Assembly: GCA_021513715.1 (NCBI GenBank)
Contig: CP084167.1
Location: forward strand, 864,001-928,000
Direction: 5' to 3'
Source: Candidatus Heimdallarchaeum endolithica
Lineage (GTDB): Archaea > Asgardarchaeota > Heimdallarchaeia > Heimdallarchaeales > Heimdallarchaeaceae
DNA length: 64,000 bases
The notes below the pieces were generated by a model. It was not told the DNA's origin, searched no databases, and saw only the letters and a program-made list of their open reading frames with translations. Below are positions 1 through 9,500 of this stretch, one piece after another (position 1 is the stretch's first letter; every line of letters begins with the position of its first letter). The position numbers and the translations under genes were made by a program.

Positions 1-232
1 AACCATTTGTTATTTCATTCAGAACCCCGTCTCCACTAACAGAGATAATTTTATTGAATCCCTCATTAACAGCTTTGATTACAAGATCTTCAGCTTGAAA
101 AGGTCCTGAAGTAAAGTCAACAGCATAGTCGATAGAGTATTCATTAATTATTTTTTCAGCAATTTCCCACTTATTAATGCACTTTCCTAAACCTGCATTA
201 GGATTTACAATAAATTTGTACTTGTCACCCAT
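1..232 (-). CDS. Diacylglycerol kinase (YegS/DAGK) family lipid kinase, 5' part (runs off window)
   Basis: Manual translation from ATG at 232: MGDKYKFIVNPNAGLG...IISVSGDGVLNEITNG, containing the NPxAG and GDGxxxE DAGK motifs. Confidence 0.85.
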   Translation of the reverse strand, partial: MGDKYKFIVNPNAGLGKCINKWEIAEKIINEYSIDYAVDFTSGPFQAEDLVIKAVNEGFNKIISVSGDGVLNEITNG

Positions 233-345
233 TATTGAAAAAGAAACAGACTTAATTATAAGTTTAATGGCACTATTAAACATATAACTGTTTTTTTTTG
301 TTAATTTATTCTAAAAGATACTATACTTGTTTTTTTCTTTAATAA

Positions 346-1347
346 AGCATGTCCAAAAATTCTTTTTCACCAACTAAACGGTCCGAAGGAGTAAAAGGTA
401 GTTGTAACAGAGAAGAGAACTGTACAAGGTAGAGAGGATGGTGGAGGGTAAACGATCAAGGATTGGGGGAAGAGAGAGTTTAAGGAGACCAAAGACGTGT
501 TCAATACTACTACGATACTCGGGATGATGATTACGACGATACAGACCAGGGTAGAGACGATGAGCTTGAACTATTGGTCCGAGGGGAGGAGGAGAGGGAT
601 AACGAGCATTACTTTTTGGGGGAATAACAGGGAAAAAGGAATGTTGGCTAAGAAGTCCAACGATATTTTCTGTCCAGTAGGCACAGTCTCCATAAAATCG
701 CAAGAAAGGTCTCAAGAGTGCAGAAGGAAGTTTCTGCCAGAGTAAACCGAAGACTTTACTATCGTGAGTGTTACTAGCAGAATGAGCGAGAGAGACTATA
801 GCTCGAGAGGGTAAACCAACTATAAGGTGTATCTTCCAGAAAAGTTTAGAGGTTTTCTTTAGTGTCCCTCTTGACCATTTGAGAAAACGCCAAACAGAAG
901 CTTGACGGATTTTAAACCCTGAACTATCCACTGCCATAGCTTTCAAGCCTTTTTTCCTCACTATTTCCCTACCTAAATCTATTATCCACTGCTCTAAGAT
1001 TTTACTTTCTGTCGCTCTCCACACTGCATGAAAAGTAGATTTAGAAGGAATCTTCTTCATCCACCCCTCTTCTATCAAAAAATCGCATAAAGACAACTTT
1101 TCCTCTAACTTCCTCCAAGCTATCCCTTCTATTCTAGCAATGATTGCTAAAGCCAGTATCACCCATCTTTCTGCTATTCTCTTTCTCCCTCTCTTGCTTT
1201 CTCTCGGTTCCTCTTTCACCAGTTTCTTAAGGAAAGGTTCATTAATGATTATGAATTCTCTTGCTTTGTGGGGGTCTATGATCTGAAAGAAATTCATACT
1301 TCCGACATAAACCCCCACATTAATAAAAATTAATTTTTGGACATGCT
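346..1347 (-). mobile_element. IS5-family (ISH1-like) insertion sequence, copy 1, 1002 bp
   Basis: Terminal inverted repeats AGCATGTCCAAAAATT (346-361) / AATTTTTGGACATGCT (1332-1347); near-identical to 17673-18674; flanks TTTAATAA / TTGAATAT are not a perfect duplication. Confidence 0.9.
374..1318 (-). CDS. DDE transposase (IS5 family)
   Basis: AVDSSG, WKIHL, HD, GDxAY and RSSIEHVF motifs of IS5/DDE_Tnp_1 transposases. Confidence 0.9.
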   Translation of the reverse strand: MGVYVGSMNFFQIIDPHKAREFIIINEPFLKKLVKEEPRESKRGRKRIAERWVILALAIIARIEGIAWRKLEEKLSLCDFLIEEGWMKKIPSKSTFHAVWRATESKILEQWIIDLGREIVRKKGLKAMAVDSSGFKIRQASVWRFLKWSRGTLKKTSKLFWKIHLIVGLPSRAIVSLAHSASNTHDSKVFGLLWQKLPSALLRPFLRFYGDCAYWTENIVGLLSQHSFFPVIPPKSNARYPSPPPLGPIVQAHRLYPGLYRRNHHPEYRSSIEHVFGLLKLSLPPILDRLPSTILSTLYSSLLCYNYLLLLRTV

Positions 1348-1371
1348 TTGAATATAAAGAAATTCAAGATT

Positions 1372-1893
1372 TTATTTAACAGTACCTTTTTCTAGAAGGG
1401 TTTCAAAATCCTCTTTATTCTTCTTTTTCTCTTCTAACTCTTCAACATATTTTTTTCCAACTTTCGAGGGCTTCTTATCTTCTTTTACATTTTTTATGAA
1501 AACAAAAACTGAAGCTAATTGAAATAGAATAGTTACTCCTACAACTATCCATTTTAATAAATCTCTATATTGATCACTCAATTCGGTAAAGAATAAGATG
1601 TAAATCGCAATTGGAAGATAAAAAACTGAAACTACTAAAATAGGAACTCCAAAAATTGAATACACAAGTTCATTCCAAATATAAGCGAAAGTTGATCCTT
1701 TTCCAGTTGAAGTTATGAAATTAATTAGTTTATAAGTAAGAACCATAAAAGAAATTATTCCTATAACTGCTACTAAAACAATTCTTATTGTGTTCCCTCC
1801 TGCTATAAAGAGTGTGAATGAAACAACAAGAGCAAGTATTAAAAGAATTAATTTATCTCTTTTTCTTTTTTTAGCAGAATTATAACTTATCAT
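1372..1893 (-). CDS. Hypothetical membrane protein (about 4 TM)
   Basis: 173-aa ORF with four hydrophobic segments and a charged C-tail. Confidence 0.7.
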   Translation of the reverse strand: MISYNSAKKRKRDKLILLILALVVSFTLFIAGGNTIRIVLVAVIGIISFMVLTYKLINFITSTGKGSTFAYIWNELVYSIFGVPILVVSVFYLPIAIYILFFTELSDQYRDLLKWIVVGVTILFQLASVFVFIKNVKEDKKPSKVGKKYVEELEEKKKNKEDFETLLEKGTVK

Positions 1894-2095
1894 TGCAACA
1901 AATCAAATGCTTTTTTTTTTAATTTAAACTTATCTTTTCAAAGTTGATTCTTTTCAACAGTTTAAGATTAATAATAAACATACATTTTTTTCCGACAATA
2001 ATATTGACGTATTACAATTACTTTAAAAACTAATTTCTAGAATATATTTTTAGCCGACAAAAATGCTGTCAATAAAATACAGGTGACATTTAAAA

Positions 2096-2317
2096 ATGAA
2101 GTTAGAAAATGGTTTATTCTTTGTATTGGATGCTGGTGAAGATAAATACATCTTTACTAAGCGAAAGGAAGCTATCGCCAAAATAAAAGAAGTAGTAAAA
2201 AATGGTGGTGGGCAAGAAACTAAGTTATTAGCAATAGATTGTCAAAATGATAAGTGGGCAATCACACAGGTTCCTTGGCAGGAAATAGCCTTTGAACTAA
2301 TTAAAGAAGAGAAATAA
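2096..2317 (+). CDS. Small hypothetical protein upstream of parB
   Basis: 73-aa ORF preceded by SD-like AGGTGA (2081-2086). Confidence 0.7.
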   Translation: MKLENGLFFVLDAGEDKYIFTKRKEAIAKIKEVVKNGGGQETKLLAIDCQNDKWAITQVPWQEIAFELIKEEK

Positions 2318-2330
2318 AAGAGATAGCATA

Positions 2331-2363
2331 TTTTGTCATGTGTTCCAACAGGAGATGACAAAA
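2331..2363. promoter_or_regulatory. Inverted repeat in the parB leader (candidate operator, parS-like site or RBS-sequestering hairpin)
   Basis: TTTTGTCAT (2331-2339) ... ATGACAAAA (2355-2363) with inner TGTT/AACA; encloses SD-like AGGAG (2350-2354). Confidence 0.45.
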
Positions 2364-2364
2364 A

Positions 2365-3447
2365 TTGGAAATTGCAGAAATAGAAATAAAGAAAATTACT
2401 CCTAGTCCATTCCAACCTCGAGAAACTTTTGATAAAGAGGCTTTAGAAGAACTTGCAGAATCAATAAATGAATTTGACTTGTTAAATCCCATTTTAGTTA
2501 GGAAAACAGGAGAAGATTCTTATCAAATAATAGCAGGAGAACGTAGATGGAGAGCGGCTCAATTTGCGGGTTTAAAAAAGATCTCTGCGATTATAAAAGA
2601 TATAGACGAGGATAGACAAAAAATCGAATCACTCATTGAAAACGTTCACCGTCGAGATTTATTAATGATTGAAAAAGGGAGAGGAGTTTTAGAGATTTTT
2701 AGAGCTTATGGTTTTCACTTATCACCAAAAAATCTTGCTAACTTAATTAATAGTATAGAGCGAAAGAAATCTAAAAACATTGCCTTGATTCCCACTGAAG
2801 AACAGATAGAAAACATTATCAAGAAGATACATGTGAAACCTAATACTATTAGATTGTGGTTAGAAGCTGCTTCTGTCAATCCTGAAATCATAGAAGAAGA
2901 ATTAAAGAAGCCTGACGATGAGAGGATTCCAGAAAGAATTTTATCAAGATTAAGCACTATTCAAGATGATGAACTTCAAAAGAAAGCTTATTCTAAAATA
3001 ATTGACCTGAATTTGAATAAAGATGAAGCTTCTAAATTCGTTTCTACTATCAAAAAACTTCCAAAAGAAGAACAAGAAGCTGTTTTAACTAAGGGAGTCC
3101 CAGTTGAAATAATAGGAAACAAAGAGACAGGATTCTCAATTGAAGTTCCAAAAGAAAAAATTGAGGAAGTAAAGAAAACAATTGAAGTAAAGAAGAGTGC
3201 AGAAGTTTTACTTTCTCCTATAAAAGAGGAAAGACAAAGACATAGAAAGAATGTTGTTGCCCACCAGAAACTTCTTGAGCTTTTAGACGACTTATTCTGC
3301 CCCTTTACTGGTCAAAAAGCTTCCACTCACCTAAGATGGATTTCAGACCCAAAAAAAACCTTAGAAGAAGCTTTAGAACAAGCTAAAAAGAATCTTGAAG
3401 ATGCAGAAAAGAGAGAAAAAGCTGACCCTAGATTCATCGAAGACTAA
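2365..3447 (+). CDS. parB: ParB/RepB/Spo0J family protein (orphan, no parA in window)
   Basis: PFQPRETFD, LAESI, LLNPILVR, IIAGERRWRA (arginine patch) and SLIENVHR motifs. Confidence 0.9.
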   Translation: MEIAEIEIKKITPSPFQPRETFDKEALEELAESINEFDLLNPILVRKTGEDSYQIIAGERRWRAAQFAGLKKISAIIKDIDEDRQKIESLIENVHRRDLLMIEKGRGVLEIFRAYGFHLSPKNLANLINSIERKKSKNIALIPTEEQIENIIKKIHVKPNTIRLWLEAASVNPEIIEEELKKPDDERIPERILSRLSTIQDDELQKKAYSKIIDLNLNKDEASKFVSTIKKLPKEEQEAVLTKGVPVEIIGNKETGFSIEVPKEKIEEVKKTIEVKKSAEVLLSPIKEERQRHRKNVVAHQKLLELLDDLFCPFTGQKASTHLRWISDPKKTLEEALEQAKKNLEDAEKREKADPRFIED

Positions 3448-3460
3448 TCTTTCTCTTTTT

Positions 3461-4558
3461 TTAAGGAATGATTTCAGTCGTATTATTGTATTTAGGATAA
3501 TTCAAATCCTCTTTTCTTATGATTCCATTTTCTATTAATTTTTCCACATCTGGTTTTATTTTTTTCAATTCAAAGATAAGATGCTTTACTGTTCCACAGA
3601 CTTTAGCAAAACCTTCCTCTCCCCATAATTTTGTTTTGTTTGCAAAAAGACACCTTCCTCCACATAAATCATAAACTTCACAAGTTAAACATGGATCTTC
3701 AATTAATACAGAGTTGAAAACATCAGTTGGTTTATTATCTTTTATATTCCCTACAACTGAAAATTCATATTCTGGAGGAAGGGGACAAACAGTTATCACT
3801 CCATCGGTTCTTATGGCAAAACTTGTTAATCCAGCTTGACAAGGTAGAGTAGTTTTTTTATTGTTTAAAATGTTCCAAAAAACACCTAAAAAAGGAACTA
3901 TTCCTAGTATTTTTCCTTTTTGCATCTCTTCTAACCAATAGTTAACCAACTTTGTTATTCCATTATTGTAATTTATTATCCAATCATCTAAATTTTGCCA
4001 CCGAGTATGATCTATATCATCCCATAATACATCAAGTTGCCAATGGACATGATCAAACCCTAGTTCTCTGTCATTTAATAAGAAATACACATCACGAAAA
4101 ATATCTGCTGATTCAGAAACAGCCATTCTAGCGATTAAATCGCCTTTAAACCCTTTTTCTTTGATAATCCCTATATTTTCCTTTATCTTATCAAAAACAC
4201 CCTTTCCTCTATTTGCATCGGTAATATCTTTATCGCCATCTATTGATATTAAAATGGTTGAAAATCTCACTAAATATTCTGTTGGTAATTTATCTAAAAA
4301 CCAGCCATTGGTTTGTATAGTGTAATGTTCTGCGTCTATTTCATTCATTACTTCTTTTATCAGTTTTAAGTTAAGTAATGGTTCCCCACCATAAAAAGCA
4401 ATTGTAGGATTAGGATCTTGAGAAAGAAATTCCTTTAACTGCTTGAGATCCCAATTAGCATTAACAGGTAAATCAGGGTGAGGTTCATTTTGACAATACT
4501 GACAGTAGAAATTACACCTATTTGTAGTGACTAAAAACCAGTTCATTCTTACTTTCAC
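3461..4558 (-). CDS. Radical SAM/SPASM domain protein (AF0577/TIGR04084-like)
   Basis: CNFYCQYC, FYGGEPL, SPASM cysteines (CLTCEVYDLCGGRC) and C-terminal TEIIP. Confidence 0.85.
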   Translation of the reverse strand: MKVRMNWFLVTTNRCNFYCQYCQNEPHPDLPVNANWDLKQLKEFLSQDPNPTIAFYGGEPLLNLKLIKEVMNEIDAEHYTIQTNGWFLDKLPTEYLVRFSTILISIDGDKDITDANRGKGVFDKIKENIGIIKEKGFKGDLIARMAVSESADIFRDVYFLLNDRELGFDHVHWQLDVLWDDIDHTRWQNLDDWIINYNNGITKLVNYWLEEMQKGKILGIVPFLGVFWNILNNKKTTLPCQAGLTSFAIRTDGVITVCPLPPEYEFSVVGNIKDNKPTDVFNSVLIEDPCLTCEVYDLCGGRCLFANKTKLWGEEGFAKVCGTVKHLIFELKKIKPDVEKLIENGIIRKEDLNYPKYNNTTEIIP

Positions 4559-4713
4559 TTGAAAAAATTTCTAGATATTTAAAAGTGCTTTTAATAGGTC
4601 ACTCCTACATATTACCCACATATTATCATAGATTAAGTTATCAAAGAAAATAAATTGATTTAGGATTTGAACCTTCAAAATTAGAGGTTGATCTAAACTT
4701 AAAAGGATAATAT

Positions 4714-5694
4714 GTGATGCGTTTGAAAATAATCATTACAACAGAAACTGGTGAACTACTTTTTTCATACGATTCTTTTACTGAAAATAGAAAGTATGAT
4801 AATGTGCTAATTACAGGATTAATTTCTGCTATTGTAGTTTTATCTAATGAAGTAGTTAGTTCATTTCCCCGCGAAATCGAATTTGAAGGGAAAATCCTCT
4901 ATTTTTACAGAGAAAATGAATTTATTGCAGCTTTACTTGCAGATATAGAATCTCCGTTTAATGGAAGCATTCTACCTATTATCCTAGGTGTATTTAAGGA
5001 AGTTCAAGAAAAATATAGTTTTCCAACTCACAAAGCAATGAGATATGACAGAGAGATTGCACATGCAGTAAAAGATTGCTTAGCCATGTATTTAGCAAAC
5101 ATGCAAAAGAAAATGGTTAAATTACTGGATGACACAGATGTAGCTGACTATAATTCAATTATTAAGGTAAAAGCTGTAGCTAAAGACTTTTTGAAAGATT
5201 CTTCCCAATTTTTACCTATTGATCTAATTTGCAGGATGATTCCTGATGGAATGGAAAAAATTCTTTATGGTTTAGTTGTAGGTATTCCTATTGTAATTTC
5301 AGGTAATAAAGATATTGTGGAGCAACTAATAAACAGCTTAAGAATGCTCTGCCCTACAAGAATATTGAAAATAAAATATTGGTCTGATAAATATGTTTCA
5401 GGATACGACATTATTGGTACAAATGATGCTAGATTGTTAAAACCCTCTCTTTATCAACTATACATAAATGTTAATGATGGAATAGTTTTAGGTGGAAAAT
5501 CTACACAATACTTTAAAGATATAGAATGCCAAATTTGTAATCTTAATACAATAGAAGCTTTTAATTTTATAAGAAGTGAACTAAATTGGATCTTCAAAGC
5601 ATTTGAAGAGCTAAAAATAGATGTTTTTTCCAAAAAATCACTACCGTTAGAAAAACAATTGATTTTGTTTGAACTTTTAAAGAGATTACATTAA
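4714..5694 (+). CDS. Longin-like N-domain plus DENN-like domain protein (eukaryotic-signature-like)
   Basis: N-terminal ITTETGELLFS...LITGLISAI longin pattern; LVVGIPIVISG...LINSLRMLCP resembles cDENN; assigned by pattern recognition. Confidence 0.55.
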   Translation: MMRLKIIITTETGELLFSYDSFTENRKYDNVLITGLISAIVVLSNEVVSSFPREIEFEGKILYFYRENEFIAALLADIESPFNGSILPIILGVFKEVQEKYSFPTHKAMRYDREIAHAVKDCLAMYLANMQKKMVKLLDDTDVADYNSIIKVKAVAKDFLKDSSQFLPIDLICRMIPDGMEKILYGLVVGIPIVISGNKDIVEQLINSLRMLCPTRILKIKYWSDKYVSGYDIIGTNDARLLKPSLYQLYINVNDGIVLGGKSTQYFKDIECQICNLNTIEAFNFIRSELNWIFKAFEELKIDVFSKKSLPLEKQLILFELLKRLH

Positions 5695-5754
5695 AAATAG
5701 GATTGACGAAAAAACTATTAATAACCATTTTTAATTTAGACTAAACGTTAAATT

Positions 5755-6063
5755 GTGATGATTGTGGAGAGAAAGTCCAAAGAGACAATAAAAAAATGGA
5801 TCTCAAGTTTAGATATAAGGAAGTTTAGCTTTAGAGGTAAACTGATAATAATCATCTCATTTCTACTAATTAGTTTTGCAATCATAATTAACTACATCAA
5901 TAATTTTCAAGGAAAGATCGTAAAATATTCTATATGGATTCTATTTGGATGGTTTTTTTTGATAATAATTTTCTATATTTCGATTAAACTGCTTTCTTTC
6001 ACAGTTTTAAGGAATAAACAACAAAAATTAAAAGAAGAAATAGAAAGTGATAATCTTGATTAG
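5755..6063 (+). CDS. Small 2-TM membrane protein
   Basis: Two hydrophobic helices; overlaps next gene. Confidence 0.65.
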   Translation: MMIVERKSKETIKKWISSLDIRKFSFRGKLIIIISFLLISFAIIINYINNFQGKIVKYSIWILFGWFFLIIIFYISIKLLSFTVLRNKQQKLKEEIESDNLD

Positions 6064-6376
6064 AGTAAAAATCAAACCAAAAATTGCTCATGTTATTTTT
6101 GAAATTTTAGCCTTACTTATTACAATTGGAGGGTCACTTTATATTGCTTCTATTGCTAACAAAGTTGTCTTATGGATTTTTGAGACACTAATCGTCATTG
6201 TTCTACTTTATTTTGGAGGAAAAAGTATTTACAGTAAAATGAAACCATTCTACGTTTCAGCTCCTTTAAGAGAAGATATGATAAAAAATCAAGAAGATAA
6301 AAAAGGAATTATATCAGAGCCTACAAAAAGAGGGTTAAAGAATGAAGACAAAGAAATTCAAAAACATGACGAATAA
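6047..6376 (+). CDS. Small 2-TM membrane protein
   Basis: Two hydrophobic helices and a charged tail. Confidence 0.65.
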   Translation: MIILIRVKIKPKIAHVIFEILALLITIGGSLYIASIANKVVLWIFETLIVIVLLYFGGKSIYSKMKPFYVSAPLREDMIKNQEDKKGIISEPTKRGLKNEDKEIQKHDE

Positions 6377-6596
6377 AGAATTTTCAAGAGTTTATGCTAC
6401 AATTTTTCTTATCATAATCTGCTTTCCTGTTGTTTTTATATCACAAAAATTCATTGTTCCTCTTTTAGGAAATTACGAAACCATATATTGGATAGGTTTG
6501 TTTTTAGTATTATCTTTTACTTTTCCTCTATTAATTCTGATATTTTCTAAAGCTTTGCCTAATAAAAAAGGAGAATTAAGTAATTCCCGACAATAA
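6342..6596 (+). CDS. Small 2-TM membrane protein
   Basis: Two hydrophobic helices; start may be the second Met (MTNKEF). Confidence 0.65.
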   Translation: MKTKKFKNMTNKEFSRVYATIFLIIICFPVVFISQKFIVPLLGNYETIYWIGLFLVLSFTFPLLILIFSKALPNKKGELSNSRQ

Positions 6597-6659
6597 CTCC
6601 AGAACAATGATTGGTGTAAGACACACGTTTATATACCATAATAAAGATACATTCAAAAG

Positions 6660-6878
6660 ATGACTGAAAGAATTATTCCTTTAATTTCTCTTTGTAAACA
6701 AGAAAAGATATCTATTTCACTACTTCTTTCTTCTTTAAGACTAATAGAAAAAGGTTTGATTAGAAAACAGTCTGAACTTAATGAATATCTGAAAAGAAGA
6801 GCAAAATATGAACCTCAAATCTTAAAGGATATTGAAAAAGTAGAAAGGTTAATTGTTGAAAACAACATAATAAAATAA
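6660..6878 (+). CDS. Small helical hypothetical protein
   Basis: 72-aa ORF with host-like codon usage and a TATA-like TTTATATA upstream. Confidence 0.6.
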   Translation: MTERIIPLISLCKQEKISISLLLSSLRLIEKGLIRKQSELNEYLKRRAKYEPQILKDIEKVERLIVENNIIK

Positions 6879-6884
6879 TTTACA

Positions 6885-8261
6885 CTATTTTATTATTTTC
6901 TTTCTTTTGGCATATTGTATTAACATTTTTATGGCATAAGCTGCTTCTCTAGGGTTCAAAAATATAGGACTACTCTCTTTTTTAGCTATTTTCTTTGGTT
7001 CATTTAGCAAATTACCACTCATGAAGATAGGGATTATAGGTTTCTTTCTTCCTGTTTCATTCCACGCTTTAATAACTCCTTCATAATGTTCAGATGTTGT
7101 CATTCCCAAAAATGTGGGTATTACTGCTATAGGAACAACAATGTCAATATCTGGATCTTCAAGCATAGCTTTTGTTACCTCATAATACTCTTTTCCTGAT
7201 GCTCCTGCTATCATATCTAGAGGGTTTACTTTTTTAACTAATGGAATCAAAAAAGGATTAATTTTCTCTTTAAATTCTTCAGTAAATGGAGCAAGTTTTA
7301 AGCCAAAATCATCAGCAAAGTCACTGAACATCACTGCACTTCCTCCACTATTTGTAAGTACTCCTATTTTTTCTCCTTTAGGCAAGGGAAGAAATGAAAA
7401 AGCTTTAATTGCAGCGATATAATCTGAGATGCTTTCACACATTATTGCGCCTGCTTGTTTAACTGCTGTTTTTAGAGAACTATAGTCTGTTGCCATAGAA
7501 CCAGTATGACTTGAAGCAGCACCCATTCCTGTAGCAGTTCTTCCTCCTTTAAGGACTACAACAGGTTTGTCCTTTGCTACCTCATGTAATTCTTCATAAA
7601 ATACTCTCCCATCTACAACATTTTCAAGATATATAGTAACAACTTTTGTATTTTCATCTTCTTTATAGAACCTTAATACATCTGTTAGATTTATATCAGC
7701 CATATTTCCTAAATTAGCAAATTTAGAAAAACCTAGTCCTTGCCAAACCATTTCGTACAAAACTATTGCTCCCACTGAACCAGACTGTGTAATCATACTT
7801 ACATTTCCTTTTGGAGGAGTCTGAATGAAAGAAGCATTCATTCCGATATCAACATTCTGTATTCCAACACAGTTAGGGCCAATTAACCTTATTCCTTTCT
7901 CTTTCAATTTTTGTGACAACTGCTCTTGCACTTTTCTTCCTTCTTCATTAATTTCAGCAAAGCCAGCAGTTACTATTATTATCCGCTTAACCTTCTTTTC
8001 TATACATTCATCAACAACAGAAGGAACAATCTTTGCAGGAACTAGTAAAATTGCTAGATCTATCTCATCAGGTATTTCTAGCACTGATTTATAAGCTTTT
8101 AAACCACCTATAGTTTCAGCTTTAGGATGGACAGGATATAATTTTGCAGCTAGATCTTTATTGTCCATTAAGTTAGCTGTTACAGCATGCCCAAACTTTT
8201 TTTCATTATCTGTCGCACCAATAATTGCAATAGAATCTGGATAGAAGAACTTCCTAGTCAT
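6885..8261 (-). CDS. Acetate/acyl-CoA ligase (ADP-forming) alpha subunit
   Basis: SIAIIGA, GPNCVG, QSGS, ASSHTGS (phospho-His), TNSGG and NPLD motifs. Confidence 0.9.
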   Translation of the reverse strand: MTRKFFYPDSIAIIGATDNEKKFGHAVTANLMDNKDLAAKLYPVHPKAETIGGLKAYKSVLEIPDEIDLAILLVPAKIVPSVVDECIEKKVKRIIIVTAGFAEINEEGRKVQEQLSQKLKEKGIRLIGPNCVGIQNVDIGMNASFIQTPPKGNVSMITQSGSVGAIVLYEMVWQGLGFSKFANLGNMADINLTDVLRFYKEDENTKVVTIYLENVVDGRVFYEELHEVAKDKPVVVLKGGRTATGMGAASSHTGSMATDYSSLKTAVKQAGAIMCESISDYIAAIKAFSFLPLPKGEKIGVLTNSGGSAVMFSDFADDFGLKLAPFTEEFKEKINPFLIPLVKKVNPLDMIAGASGKEYYEVTKAMLEDPDIDIVVPIAVIPTFLGMTTSEHYEGVIKAWNETGRKKPIIPIFMSGNLLNEPKKIAKKESSPIFLNPREAAYAIKMLIQYAKRKKIIK

Positions 8262-8355
8262 TGCTCTTTTTAGAAATTGTGTCCTTTTAATTTTTTCTTA
8301 ATCAACAAAAAAGATAATCAGTAAGTATTATTTTTAATCAGTACTTATCTATTTT

Positions 8356-9318
8356 CTATTTATTTCTATATCCATACTCAATTACGCATTTTTCAGGGTC
8401 TAAGTTTAAAACACTTAAAGTAAATTTTTCAATTACATCATAATTTGAATCATCTTTATCTGTAAGATCAGTAATAATATCCAATACTCTTCTTGCTTCT
8501 TCATGACTTTCGTCAGCCTTTATAACCAATCCTAAAATATGAGATCTTGAAGAACGAAGAATAAACTTATGTTTTTTTGACATTATAAATTGAATAGTAT
8601 TGCTTTCATTGAAAGTTTTTTTGGCAAAACTTTGTATTGCTGAAAGAAAACCTGAATAAAGAGATATCCTATCTGAAAGTTTCTTCTTCGAGATACTTAA
8701 AATAGGCAATCCATCCCTGTCTGCAAGTAGAAAAGACTCAGGAGTTACTTTTCTTTTTTGGACAAGTTTAGACAACTGATTTTGTAACCAATATAGGACA
8801 GAGTCAAAATTTTCTCCTGTTTGCATACTAGTTTTAAAAAATTGAAAAGATGCATTAGGAATTGTAGCGAGGTTGTATATTTCTACTATGTTAATTATTT
8901 CCTCCAGATTCATACTATTTTCTAAATCTGCCTTATTACACAAAAATAGAATTAAAAATTCATCTCCTTTATCTTTTAACTTAATTGATTTCCAAAATTC
9001 TTTTTTTGCTTCAAGCAGTGATTGTCTATCTGATGAATCAATAATAAAAATTATCCCATAAGCCAACTTAATATAATTTTCCCAGATAGTTTTCCTAAAA
9101 ACTTCTTGCCCTCCTAAATCAAAAATATTTACTTTTAGATCAAATAGTTTGTATTGTTCTAATTGAACTCCCATAGTGGGTTTAGGACTTGTAAATTTCC
9201 CAGTGAGAACTCTGTTAACGAAGGTTGTTTTTCCAGCATTAGGTAAACCTAAAATTACTAGAGGAATGCCTTTTTTCTCAAAAGAAAGTAGTTTTTCAGA
9301 TATTTTCTTCTTATTCAA
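8356..9318 (-). CDS. Arf/Sar-like small GTPase fused to a C-terminal longin/roadblock-like domain
   Basis: G1 GLPNAGKT, G2 PTMG, G3 DLGGQ, G4 NKAD; C-terminal LLADRDGLPILS...LYSGFLSAIQSF. Confidence 0.85.
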   Translation of the reverse strand: MNKKKISEKLLSFEKKGIPLVILGLPNAGKTTFVNRVLTGKFTSPKPTMGVQLEQYKLFDLKVNIFDLGGQEVFRKTIWENYIKLAYGIIFIIDSSDRQSLLEAKKEFWKSIKLKDKGDEFLILFLCNKADLENSMNLEEIINIVEIYNLATIPNASFQFFKTSMQTGENFDSVLYWLQNQLSKLVQKRKVTPESFLLADRDGLPILSISKKKLSDRISLYSGFLSAIQSFAKKTFNESNTIQFIMSKKHKFILRSSRSHILGLVIKADESHEEARRVLDIITDLTDKDDSNYDVIEKFTLSVLNLDPEKCVIEYGYRNK

Positions 9319-9500
9319 TTTCGTTTAAACATGTTAGAATTAATTAATAAATATATTGATATTAATAATGATATAAGATAATTCTAAACAAAAAGACGGA
9401 ACATAACAAAAAATTTAGGATTGTGTTTACAAGAAACTAATGATTACAGCATATCTTTTTTATATTCAAAGAATATTTTGAAGCTAGGTAGGTGAAATAA

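Noticed and set aside
497-745. Antisense ORF within the IS (also 17824..18072)
   Set aside because: Inter-copy changes are non-synonymous here but silent in the transposase, so it is a shadow ORF
2365-3447. ParB as the missing DpdB partner
   Set aside because: It has classical Spo0J-type motifs rather than the DndB/DGQHR signature, and lies 28 kb from dpdA
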